Source: Squalus acanthias (Eukaryota). From it: a DNA stretch of 64,000 bases. The stretch lies in contig CM059430.1 in assembly GCA_030390025.1 (NCBI GenBank), positions 67,704,001 to 67,768,000 of the forward strand, given 5' to 3'. Positions 1 to 11,003 of the stretch are shown here, piece after piece (the first letter of the stretch is position 1; every line of letters starts with the position of its first letter). Both the position numbers and the translations under genes were made by a program. The notes under the pieces were generated by a model. It searched no databases and was not told the DNA's origin. It worked only from the letters and a program-made list of their open reading frames with translations.

Positions 1-231
1 GCGCAGCGCTGTTTGCGCCGCTCGAGAACTTAACTTGAGATTGTGCGGCGGCGCTAAAACTTACCGCTGCGACCACCTGCGCGCGCAGATTGTGACATCA
101 TTCCATGGTGCAACGCCCTTGGGGTGCCCCGGAGCGGAAATTGAGTGGCGCCCCCTGCCTTACCGCCTGGCGCTTCCAACGACGGGAAGACTGGAACGTT
201 ATCAATCGCTGTGGGGCTGGGGGGGGGGCGC

Positions 232-239
232 TATTTAAA
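232..239 (+). promoter_or_regulatory. Putative TATA box of Harbinger transposase gene
   Basis: TATTTAAA upstream of ATG 419; the same position in the second element has TATATAAA (51575-51582). Confidence 0.5.
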
Positions 240-418
240 GGGGGCCTCTTCCTGTCTTTTTCTGTGGTCGACATTTATGCACCACTCGTTCTGAGAGAGA
301 GAGAGAGAGAGAGACTTCTACATTGACTCAACGCTTTGTGAGGTAGTTTGGCCTAGTTCATCCTAACTTTGTTGCTACTTTAGTTGCTGTACCTCATTAC
401 TTTTCTGGCAAAGAGAAT

Positions 419-1579
419 ATGGGGGCTGCAATGATTGGGGGCGTCGTCCTGCTCCAGCTGAATCGGAGGATAGTGAGACGCAGACAGAGAGTGGCAATGA
501 TGGCCAGACGGAGGAGGGCCATCAGGCGCATGTACAGGAGAGCTTACCCTCCCAGGGTATATCGTGAACAGCTCTCCTACATCCATATGTCCGAGGAGCT
601 GTGTTTGCGAAGGCTGCGATTCAGCAAGGAGGTGGTCACTGAGCTCTGCCACCTGCTGCAGCCAGATCTGCAGCCTCAGCTGAGGTCCAGGACGTCTCTG
701 TCGGTGGCAGTGAAGGTCACAGTGGCTTTGAACTTCTACGCCACTGGCTCATTCCAAGCTGCTGTTGGGGACCTCGCCAATATCACCCAGTTTGCGGTGC
801 ATCACTGCATCCGGCAGGTCACCAATGCCCTCTTCAGAAGGAGACGAGACTTCATCTCTTTCCCTATGATCCCAGACAAGCAGCATGACCGTGCTCTGGG
901 CTTTGCGAGGGTAGCGGGCTTCCCCATGGTGCAGGGCGCCATTGACTGCACGCATGTGGCTTTGCGTGCTCCGCGAGAGAATGCAGAGGAGTTCCGGAAC
1001 AGAAAGGGGTTCCATTCCTTGAATGTGCAGTTGGTCTGTGACCACAGACAGGTGATTCTCGCTGTCAATGCCCACTATCAGGGCAGCTGCCACGATGCTT
1101 TCATCCTGCGCCAGACTACTGTGGCAGAACTTTTCGAGGCACCGCATCAGCCAGTTGGTTGGCTTCTGGGGGACAAGGGGTACGCATTGAGCACCTGGCT
1201 GATGACACCGCTCCGTGCGCCAAACACCCCTGCTGAGCTGCGGTACCAGGAAAGCCATCAAGCAACCAGGAACATTATTGAGCGCACAATCGGCGTGCTG
1301 AAACAACGGTTCCGCTGTCTGGACCATTCCGGAGGAGCCCTGCAGTACTCGCCTGAGCAAGTTTCGAACTTCGTAGTCGTGTGCTGCATGTTGCACAACA
1401 TGGCAATCCTCAGGACCCAGCCAATGCCACCAGGCCTTGTAGTACCACCAGAGGAGGAGGAGGAAGAGGAGGAACAGGACGAGGACGATGATCATCAGCA
1501 GCACCAAGGCAGGAGGGCGGCCCACAATGGTCAAACTGCAAGGGCCGTCCGTCAACGACTAATAGCAAGCCGCTTCTAG
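419..1579 (+). CDS. Harbinger (HARBI1-like, DDE_Tnp_4) transposase, 386 aa
   Basis: Uninterrupted ORF with GAIDCTH, NRKGFHSLNVQ, GSCHDAFIL, LLGDKGY, IERTIGVLKQRF and CCMLHN motifs, plus an acidic C-terminal tail. Confidence 0.95.
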   Translation: MGAAMIGGVVLLQLNRRIVRRRQRVAMMARRRRAIRRMYRRAYPPRVYREQLSYIHMSEELCLRRLRFSKEVVTELCHLLQPDLQPQLRSRTSLSVAVKVTVALNFYATGSFQAAVGDLANITQFAVHHCIRQVTNALFRRRRDFISFPMIPDKQHDRALGFARVAGFPMVQGAIDCTHVALRAPRENAEEFRNRKGFHSLNVQLVCDHRQVILAVNAHYQGSCHDAFILRQTTVAELFEAPHQPVGWLLGDKGYALSTWLMTPLRAPNTPAELRYQESHQATRNIIERTIGVLKQRFRCLDHSGGALQYSPEQVSNFVVVCCMLHNMAILRTQPMPPGLVVPPEEEEEEEEQDEDDDHQQHQGRRAAHNGQTARAVRQRLIASRF

Positions 1580-1873
1580 GGCCCCTGCCATTGCTACAAA
1601 CACGAATCAACCCAGCACGCAACCCCTAAGCCGGCCAAGGCACAAATAATTCCAACCACCAGCCATGTATATTTTGAATACAGAAACTTATTTATTTTAC
1701 AAACTCTGTGTGTGTCAATTCCTCATGACAAACTCATAGAAATAAACACAAAAAAACAGTCAATAACATAACTGGTTCTCACAACCTGGAGATAATGTCC
1801 AAAACACTAAACAAAAGTTGGGCCATGAACCTCGGCCTTTAATAAAAAAATGACCAGCATTTTGGCACACCTC

Positions 1874-2853
1874 CTACATTTTGCCCTTCGAGGGTGATCT
1901 CCTTCCCTTGCGCACTTCCCCCCTTCTAACCCTACTGCTCCTCCGTAATGGGACCTCAGTGGCTGCAGCAAGGCTGGTGGAAGGCTGCTGCTCGTCAGAC
2001 CCTGACACTGCAGATGCCCCTGAAGGACGGCCTCGACCACTTCTGGGCCTGGAGGGCCCGGCTGCAGACTGCACCAACTCTGCATGGGCGGCAGCAGTCT
2101 GTCCTACAGGCGGTGGCAAGTGCAGTGGAGAAGTGACAGTGTTGGCAGCAGGAATGCTGTCATCGTGAGAGAGGACAGCAACTCCCTGCTCGCCCGACAC
2201 ACTGGCACTCCCACGGGGCAGCACTTCAGCATCCGGAGCAATTTGCCGGAGAATAGATTGCTGGCCTGCTGCGGCGCGGTGACAGCCCCGGGGACATGTG
2301 CACGAACCATCGAGGATGGCAGCAGTCAGTGCTCGCGTGGCCTCAATCTGAGTCTGCATGAGAGCAGTCTCAGATGGGTTTCTGGCAGCCAGTGACTTAA
2401 TTGCAGCACTAAGCTTTAGTGTGGCATCCGCCTGTGCTACAGCGAAGTGCTCCACACTCCTTGCCAGTGCCTCAATGCATTCGGGCACCCTTCCCACTGC
2501 ACCCATGAGCTCAGTGTGCATGCCCACCGCCTGGCTGTTCATTTCTGCAATCAGCCGCTCCTCCTCTGCGTCCATTGCAGTAGGAGTGTCTGGCATACTC
2601 TCCCTCTGGGGAGAAGGCTCCCGTTCTTCCCTCCCCCCCCCATGGCGTTGCTGCAGCCCGCTGGGTCCTGGAGCTTCACCATCATCAGCCCCTTCCCCCC
2701 TGCTCCCCTCCGGGGAAGGCGTGTTCCCAGTGTGGCCATGGGCTTCCTCGGGAGAGGGTGGCACTGATGCTCCGGCTTCCTCTTCCTCCTCAGCTGCAGC
2801 ATCACTCCCAGTGGCAGCTTCAGGGCCCGTCTCCTCAGCTGGTGAATCACCAT
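1874..2853 (-). CDS. Harbinger Myb/SANT-like protein, exon 3 (spliced total 1380 nt, 459 aa)
   Basis: ctttcAG acceptor joins in frame to ORF 1874-2764; low-complexity and coiled-coil-like region; basic C-terminus. Confidence 0.78.
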
Positions 2854-3012
2854 CTGAAAGCAGGGAGGTACAAGAGTGGCTTTAGCGTGAGGACAGGGTG
2901 GCAGTAAGGGAGGAATAAGTGCAGTGAGTTAGCAAGTTGGATTGAAAGTGTCAAAGGCTGGTATTGTGAGGGACAAGTGGAAGGACAGAGGACAAAAAGG
3001 TGATGACCTTAC

Positions 3013-3175
3013 CATTGCTGTCCACAACGGGGTCGGCGTCCCCAGTGGCGACGGGACCGATCACCCGGCTTGCCACAATCCTGTGGACGCGCTCCTCCAG
3101 ATCGCTGAGGGGTTGCAGCTGAAGCCGCCCTGCACCCGTCCGTTGCTGCTGTCTCCGATTATGAGCCAGCTTAGC
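3013..3175 (-). CDS. Harbinger Myb/SANT-like protein, exon 2
   Basis: ttcttgcAG acceptor; AKLAHNRRQQQRTGAG...LSDLEERV; GTAAG donor, phase 1. Confidence 0.8.
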
Positions 3176-3206
3176 CTGCAAGAAAAAGGACAGCATCTGA
3201 GTAAAT

Positions 3207-3427
3207 ATACAGCCATGGTCCTGCCTGATGTGCCTCCCATAGGTGAATAGCCCTTACAATATGCAGCCATGGTCTTGCCTGATGTGCCTCCCACAGGTGA
3301 ATAGCCCTTACTGTATGCAGCCATGGTCTTGCCTGATGTGCCTCCCATAGGTGAATAGCCCTTACTGTATGCAGCCATGGTCTTGCCTGATGTGCCTCCC
3401 ATAGGTGAATAGCCCTTACTGTATGCA
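3207..3427. repeat. 54-bp tandem repeat, about 4 copies, in Myb gene intron 1
   Basis: Unit ATGCAGCCATGGTCTTGCCTGATGTGCCTCCCATAGGTGAATAGCCCTTACTGT starting at 3207, 3261, 3315 and 3369. Confidence 0.95.
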
Positions 3428-3567
3428 AAGTGTGGAATGTGTGTGTGTGTTTGATGAAAGGGCCATAGGTGTTGGATGAGTGTTGTGCATTGGGGTTTTA
3501 AGACCCTCTGGCCATAGAGTGAGGTTGAGATGGAGGGATGGAGAGGTATTGAGAAAAAGCCACTCAC

Positions 3568-3804
3568 CCTGACGACCCGAGTGAGGTCGTTGAATTTTTT
3601 GCGGCACTGAACATGGGTCCTGGGCACCATGCTCCTGGAGGAGACGCTCTGAGCCACCTCCCTCCACACTCTTCTGAACTCGCGTGGCAAAGGCCTCCTG
3701 CCACTCTCCGGGAACAGCATGCATCGTCTGCGCTCCACTGCGTCAACCAGAGCATCCAAGGCCCGCTCGGTGAAGCGATGAGCGCGTTCTCTCACCCTCT
3801 CCAT
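3568..3804 (-). CDS. Harbinger Myb/SANT-like DNA-binding protein, exon 1
   Basis: MERVRERAHRFTERALDALV...WREVAQSV...RTHVQCRKKFNDL (Myb/trihelix); GTGAGT donor at 3567, phase 0. Confidence 0.88.
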
Positions 3805-4552
3805 GCTTGGCAGCAAAATGGATTACAGGTCTCTCCAGGCTGAGATTCAAGGCTGCAATGAGCAGGGTGTGGCTGGGGAGCAAGTGGCCCCCCCCCGCTT
3901 TAAGAAGTGTCCGGCGCCAGTGTGTCTGTGTTCCCTCGCTAACTGGCAGCAGCTGCGCTGCACTCGCGCGCTGAGGTAGCGCCTCACTCCTAGGCCTTTG
4001 CGCCTTAAGAGAGGTGTGCAGCGCCTGCTTTGGCGCTCCACTCACCTCCCGGGGCGGTAAAAGTGAAGTTTCCTGTCAGTGCCGATAATTAGCGCCAGGT
4101 GCTAATATTTGCGCTCGGATGATATTTGCACCCCAAATGGGGCGCGACCTAATTTCTACCCCTTGGTTTTTACTTATATAATCATAGCGCACAGAAGGAG
4201 GCCATTCGGCCCATCACCCCTGTGCAGTCTGTTTGAAACAGCTATCCAATTAGTCCCACTACTCTGCGCTTTATCCGTTGCTCTGCATTTTTTTTCTTAT
4301 TTAATAAGTAAATAAATACTTGTGTATGTATATATGAACATAATCACAGGCAATTTGTTGTGTTCTTAAATGATAAACTGCACCTTATTCTCATAGGTTA
4401 TAAATGGAAATACTGACTGTTGTCTTCCGTTCAACCTTTGTTTTGATGTGGAACTGTTGAAAACAGGCAGCCTGTGAGCAGACGACTTATCTGGAAGTAC
4501 CTCCATAGTTATGCTCCAGATACATCACTTTTTTCTACATCGTACATAAAGA

Positions 4553-5030
4553 GTATAAGAACATAAGATGTAGGATCAGGAGAAAGTCTGCTCCGCCAAT
4601 CAATAAGATCATGGCTGTTCTGATCTTGGCCTCAACTCCACTTCCCTGCCCGCTCCCCATAACACTTGACTCTCTTATCGTTCGAAAACCTGTCTATCTC
4701 CACCTTAAAGATAGTCAATGACCCAGCCTCCACAGCTCTCTGGGGAAGAGAATTCCAAAGATTCACGACCCTCTGAGAGAAGAAATTACTCCTCATTTCC
4801 GATTTAAAAGGGTGCCCTTTTATTCTGAAAATATGCCCCCTCGTTCTAGATTCCCCCACGAGGGGAAACATCTTCTCTGCTTCTACCCTGTCAAGCACCT
4901 TCAGAATCTTACATGTTTCAATAAGATCCCCTCTCATTCTTCTAAACTCCAATGAATATCGGCCCAACCTGCCTAACCTTTCTTCATAAGACAACCCCTT
5001 CATCTCCGGAATCAACCTCGTGAAACTTCT
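4553..5030 (-). mobile_element. CR1 LINE 3' fragment
   Basis: LSYEERLGRLG..SLE.RRMRGDLIE..K and FFSQRVVNLWNSLP motifs, plus a CATAAGAA-type tail. Confidence 0.9.
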
Positions 5031-6059
5031 CGTAACCCAGGATCCATCCTGTCGACTTCCTCGCCCTTTGCTACAACTCAAAATATTGTCCAATTGGCCA
5101 CACTTGTTGCGCTTTCCATCCTTTGTTACAATGGGAGTTCTGTTCTCTACCCTGCCTCCTGTTCCTGAGGTGGTTAGACGGAGACATCATGATATCATTA
5201 AAGGAGAAGTACGACGCAAAATCTCCTACATGATCGCCTCCCACCTGCAGTTCGAAGGTACAACAAACTGTAACAGGAGTCAACTTTAATTTTAAGAGCA
5301 GCATTCCTCTTAAAATAGTTACTATTACGGGGAAATTCAATTAAAAAATGTTTCACTTTAGATAAATGATGTTTATGTTTTAACTAACTGGCCGGAAATT
5401 ACATTTCGGGATCCCGTATGATCAGGCGAACAGTGTTGGAGTACATGGAGACATTTCGTGGAAGGGATTCGACCAATTTCACTTTAGTGGAAGTGCAGGC
5501 GAAAAAAATAATGCGCCAGTATTTAGAATGACACACCTGCTGTTTATTCTAAATTTTGTATAAAGCCGATACATATAAAGAATGGATCAGATATAGCGTC
5601 TTCGGGCGAAGCCATTGTAAATTGTAGATGTTAAGAAATGTTACAGGGCAAATATTCAGTATAGTCGCGTTTGATTGTGAACATTACGCGCATGCGGCGC
5701 TTTCGCAGGATGTTGCAATGAACAGAGCTAAACTTAACACTTGAACTGCTGCTGTGTAGAGGTGAATTGATGAGCCACATTCTTTACTTAGCTGGAGAAC
5801 GTGATGGCTTGTGTCACTATTTCCAAACAAGTTTAAGTACTGCAAAAACCACACGGTCAAAATCTTCGTTATTTCCTTACGTTTCATCAGACTACGTGAT
5901 AAGTCGAACATACTGACATTTCACGCTGCTATGTCTGAATTGCGTTTTACTCCGCTACCGGGTTATGAAATTAATCCATACTGCAATTATATATTCTACA
6001 ATTTGAAACAATTGGGTCGGTAACCAGAGGCCATAGATTTGTGGTAAAATAATTTCCAA

Positions 6060-6325
6060 AAAAACTAGAGGGTAAATTAGGATAATTGTTTTCATAAAGA
6101 AGTTTGTTAAGATCTGGAATACCCCTCCGGAAAGGGTGGTGGAAGCAGATTCCATAGGAACTTTCAAAAGGCAATTGGAGGGGTACTTGAAGAAGTCTAA
6201 TTAGCAGGGTTATAGGAAATGACTGGAGTGCGGGATAAAATTGGACAGCTCTTTCAAAGATCCGGCACAGGCACATTGGGCCAAATAGCCTCCTTCTGTG
6301 CTGTGAAATTCTATGATTCTACGAT
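6060..6325 (+). mobile_element. Decayed CR1 LINE 3' end
   Basis: Similar to other CR1 3' ends; GGGCC.AA...CCTCCTTCTGTGCTG plus TTCTATG tail. Confidence 0.65.
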
Positions 6326-7312
6326 CTATTATTCTTATTAAGTGAGGAAATCGAATGTACAAGTAACATAACTATGGGTAGATGGCTGCTGAAAATTCAC
6401 TTCAATTTTTCGCGCTGTGTCAAAGCGGAACATTTGGTATTGCAAGTATGAGCCTTCTTGGAAATGGATATAATCATCCAACCCAGAAAATTAGGAAAAG
6501 TATTGGCCTGGAATTCGCGGTTGAAATGACGGCGAAACTGTCAGCGTCCACCTTCATTACAACTGTGAAACTGACAGCAATTTCTGGCGTTCGCATATGC
6601 GCAGTTAAACGCAGACATCTAGAAGTTGCTGTCAGTCATTGCCTGCAACTCCACAGGCTGATCTGTTGAACTCACCGCATCCGGCAATCAATTTAATTTC
6701 CATTGGTTTGTTGTCTGTGAGGAGTCTTTAATGTGATTGGATGCTTAGGCAGCTTTATGATATCAGTGTTGCTGGACAATGGAGATACCCTTGACTTGAC
6801 AACAGAATGAAATTAACGTCAGGACAGGTGAAATCCACGTCACGGAGATCACCAGATCTGAGTGGGCAGCTTTCTTCGAGGTCAGCGGCGAGCGGCATCA
6901 CTTCGCCGCTGACCACACAATCCGGGCCATTCTACTCACCTAAAATTCTGAGTAAAGCTGTGCATTCAAACGGAACCAATGGGAATACGAGGCAATCAAT
7001 TCCGATTTGGCTTTCAGTCTAGAGGACTCATTTATATGTCCAAAATCATATCTGAATTATGTTGTTTATTGAGGTCTTGGTACCACCAAACATACACATA
7101 AAATAATTTCGCCAAATCTGGAGTGGTTAAAATTGTTTTGATCTTATCCTCAGGAACAACAGCCAATTGGGGCAAAATGTTAGATCTAATTATATTTCTT
7201 TCCACCCTAATCCTTGCTGGATTTGCCGTTTGGGTTGATAACCATAGAAGACTGAATTTACTCTGTGGTCTGCGATCTGCTGTTGCAGTCACTTTGATCT
7301 GACAGCAACCGA

Positions 7313-7640
7313 GGGAGTGAAATTCAACCTTAGTGGGGGAGTAGAATGGGCTCTAGTGGATCGGCCACCGATTATACACACGGCCCGATTTTCCTTATTG
7401 CAGAAACTCAAAAATCTCCCCCAATGGTGTATTGGGGTATACATTCGTCTTGTGTGGCTGGGCAAAATGGGCGATAGTGAATCGACATTCCATTTTGCAC
7501 CCCATCCGATTATTTTCCACTAAATTGAATGCAAAGAAAAATCGGGCAGAGTGCAAAACGGGCAGCCGTTTCGCTGACGCTCGTTTTTCCGCTACCGCAC
7601 AATTAGAAATGATATGCATTAGTCCTGACTTCGATTTTCG
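7313..7640. mobile_element. MITE-like internally palindromic repeat
   Basis: Inverted motifs GCCCGATTTT / AAAATCGGGC and CATTTTGCAC / GTGCAAAACG; no ORF. Confidence 0.4.
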
Positions 7641-7684
7641 GCTGCATTTGTATTTTACCTGCAGCTTTCAAGTCGATGCAGTTT

Positions 7685-10570
7685 TTTTATTCTTTCACGG
7701 AATGTGGTTGTTGTTTACTGGGCGAGCATTTATTGCCTATCCCTAGTTGTCCTTGAGAAGGGGGTGGTGGGCCGCCTTCTAGAACCGCTGCAGTCCGTGT
7801 GGTGAAGGTACTCCCACAGTGCTGATAGAGGTGGAGTTCTAGGATTTTGACCCAGTGATAATGAAAGAACTGCAAAATGTTTCCAAGTAAGGATGGTTTG
7901 TAATTTCGAAGGGAACGTAGAGGTGGTGGAGTTCCCATGCGTTTGCTGCCCTTGTCCTTCTAGTTGGTGGAGTTTGCGGTTTTGGGATATGCTGTCTAAG
8001 AAGCATTGGTGAGTTGCTGCAGTGGATTTTGTAGATGGTACACAATGCAGCAAAGGTGGAGGGAGTGAATGAGATGGTTCTGTGTGGGGTTTGGGCTGCT
8101 TTGTCCTGCATTGGTCGAGCTTCTTGAGTGTTGTTGGATCTGCACACATCTAGACAACTGGAGTGTATTCCATCACACTCCTAACTTGTGCCTTGCAGGT
8201 GGTGGAATGTATTTTAGTAGTCAGGAGGTGAAACAGTCGTGGCAGAATACCCAGCCACTAATTGGTCTTTTAGCCACAGTATTTGTGTGGCTTGTGCAGT
8301 TAAGTTTCTGGTCAATGGTGACCCCCAGGACGTTGATGCTGGGGGATTCGCTGAAGGTGATGCCATTGAAAATCAAGGGGAGGTGGTTAGCTTCTCCCTT
8401 GTTGGAGATGGTCATTGCCTGGCACATGTTTGGCGAGAATGTTACTTGCAACTTATCAGCGCAAACCTGAATTTTCTCCAGGTCTTGCTGCATGCTTGAT
8501 TATCTGAGGAATTGTGAATGAAACTGAAGACTGTGCAATCATCAGCGATCATCCTCACTTCTAACCTTATGATGGAGGAAAGGTCATTAATGAAGCAGCA
8601 GAAGATGCTTGGGCCTAGGACAGTGGCCTGAGAATCTACTGAGCGATGTTCGGGGGATGACATGATAGGCCTCCAACAACTACAACCATCTTCCCTTGTG
8701 CTAGGTATGACTCCAGCCAGTGGAGATTTCCCCCCTAATTTCTATTGACTTCAATTTTACTAGGGCTCCTTGTTGCCACACTCGGTCAAATGATGCCTTG
8801 ATGTCAAGAGATGTCACTCTCACCTCACCTCTGCAATTGAGCTCTTTTTTCCATGTTTGGACCAAGGCTGTAATGACTTGTGGAGCTAACTGATCCTGGT
8901 GTAACCCAAACTATGCATCAATGAGCAGGTTATTGGTAAGTAAGTGCCGCTTAATAGCACTGTCGGTGATCACATCCATCACTTTGCTGATGATTGAGAG
9001 AAGGCTGGTGGGGCGCTAATTGCTGGATTGGATTTGTCCTTCTTTATATGGGCAGGAAATATATGGGCAAATTTTCCCTTTGTCAGTGTTATAGCTGTAC
9101 CGGAACAGCTTGGTTAGAGGCGTTGCTAGTTCTGGAGCACAGGTCTTCAGCACTAAAGTCAGAATGTTGTCGTGGCCCACAGCCTTTGCTGTATCCAGTG
9201 CGCTCAGCCGTTTCTTGACATTCCGAGCAGTGAATTGAATTAGATAAAGACTGGCTTCTGTGATAGTGGGGACCTCAGGAGGAGGCCGATGTGAATCATC
9301 CACTCGGCACTTCTGGCTGAAGATGGTTGCAAATGCCTGAGCCTTGTCTGTTGAATTCATGTGCTGGGCTCTGCCATCATTGACGATAGGCATGTTCACG
9401 GAGCCTCCTCCTCCTGTTAGTTGATTAATTGTCCACCAACATTCACGACTGGATGTAGCAGGACTGCAGAGCTTTGATCAGATCCGTTGATTGTGGAATC
9501 AGTTAGCGCTACCTATAGCACGCTGCTTCCGCTGTTTAGTATGCATCTAGTCCTGTGATGCAGCTTCCCCAGGTTTGCACCTCATTTTAGGTAAGCCTGG
9601 TGCTGCTCCTGGCATGCTCTTCAACGCTCCTCATTAAACCAGGACTCGTCCCTGGGCTTGATGGTATTGGTAGAGTGAGAGATATGCTGGCCATGAGGTT
9701 ACAGATTGTGATGAAATACAATTCTGCTGCTGCTGATGGCCCATAGGATTTCATGGCTGCCTAGTTTTGAGCTGCTGGATCTGTTCTGAATTTATCTCAT
9801 TTAGCACGATGATAGTGCCACACAACACGGTGGAAAGCGTCCTCGGTGTGAAGATGGGACTTCTTCTCCACAAGAACTGTGTGGTGGTCACTCCTACCAA
9901 TACATGGATAGATGCAGCTGCGACAGGTAGATTAGTGAAGACGAGGTCAAGTAGGTGTTTCCCTCGTGTTGGTTCTCTCACTACCTGCTGCAGGCCGAGA
10001 CTGGCAGTTATTTCCTTCAGGACTCGGCCAGCTCGGTCGGTAATGCTGTTACCGAGTCAATCTTGGTGATGGACTTTGAAGTCCCCCACCCTAAGTGCAT
10101 TTTGTGCCCTTGCTGCTCTTAGTCCGTCTTCCAAGTGATATTCAACATGGAGTGGCACTGATTCGTCAGCTGAGGGAGGCGGTAGATGGTAATCAGCAGG
10201 AAATTTCCTTGCCCATATTTGGCCTAGTTCCATGAGACTTCCTGGGGTCTGGAGCCAATGTTGAGAACTCCCAGGGCCACTCTCACCTGACTGTATACCT
10301 GTGTGCCTGCACCTCTCTGGGACAGGGCTGCCGGTGGGACAGGACATATGGTGATGGAGTAGTCCAGGATGTTGGCTGAAATGTATGATTCTGTGAGTAT
10401 GACTATGTCAGGCTGTTGCTTGACTTGTCTGTAGGACAGATCTCCGAATTTTGATACAAGTCTCCATGTGTTCGTGAGGAGGACATTGTAGGGTTGATGG
10501 GGCTGTGTATGCCTTTTTCATGTGCGAATCCGATGCCTATGTCAAGGCTGGGTGGTCCATCTGGTTTTAT
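7685..10570 (-). mobile_element. Decayed non-LTR retrotransposon (CR1/L2 group), EN+RT
   Basis: Fragments GDFKVH, PTRGKHLLDLVFTN, LKTCAPELA.PL.KLF, VLGP..F.CFINDL and ADDCTV; 3' tail ends GAATAAAAAAA at about 7685. Confidence 0.85.
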
Positions 10571-10731
10571 TCTAATGAAGTGTATTATAAATGTACCATA
10601 ACTGGTGACTTTGGATAATCTGTGCCACAAGGTTTGGTTGGGAGTGTGAAGTTATTCGACAGTTCCGGTCCCTTTATTCAGAAGTTGTCTTACGTGAATT
10701 TGACTCTATCAACTGGAACTTCCATAAGCAT

Positions 10732-10925
10732 TGTGGTAACACAATACAGCTTCCTGTGACTCGAACTTTATTGCATCACTTCCTGTGATTAGTCCAGGAT
10801 AAATACTGGACTGAGCAGTTGGATCCTGGAGAGGCATAGAGTAAGACCTCTTTTGTATGTAGCACCTTTTTAGTTGATTAAAGCTTACCTTAAGTTCACC
10901 ACGCGTAAGGCTCATTCTTACGACA
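10732..10925 (+). repeat. 5' LTR
   Basis: TGTGGTAAC...CTTACGACA, identical to the 3' LTR; ATTAAA at 10877-10882. Confidence 0.97.
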
Positions 10926-11003
10926 ATTTAATCAACTTTGAAAAACTTCGCACTCAAACTTTTTGGACGAACTCGGAACTAAGGATCCAGGGAATCACCC
11001 ATC

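Larger units (their letters stand above)
1..4162 (+). mobile_element. PIF/Harbinger DNA transposon, apparently intact; left end lies just outside the window
   Basis: Convergent transposase and Myb/SANT genes. Right TIR AATTTCTACCCC at 4151-4162 followed by TTG. Both sub-terminal regions align with the element at 51268-55281. Confidence 0.92.

Noticed and set aside
749-1555. 268-aa antisense ORF, and other shadow ORFs over TE genes
   Set aside because: Antisense to GC-rich coding sequence; no recognisable motifs.
419-1579. Domesticated host gene HARBI1
   Set aside because: Intronless, paired with a Myb gene inside TIR-bounded DNA, and a related decayed copy exists, so it is a transposon gene.
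3207-3427. CRISPR-like array
   Set aside because: Contiguous 54-bp tandem units with no unique spacers; eukaryotic intron context.
4396-4420. Possible terminal exon (ctcatAG|GYKWKY*)
   Set aside because: Only an acceptor-like site; no linked exons in the window.
5030-5260. Possible gag zinc-knuckle relic on the minus strand
   Set aside because: Too degenerate to support.
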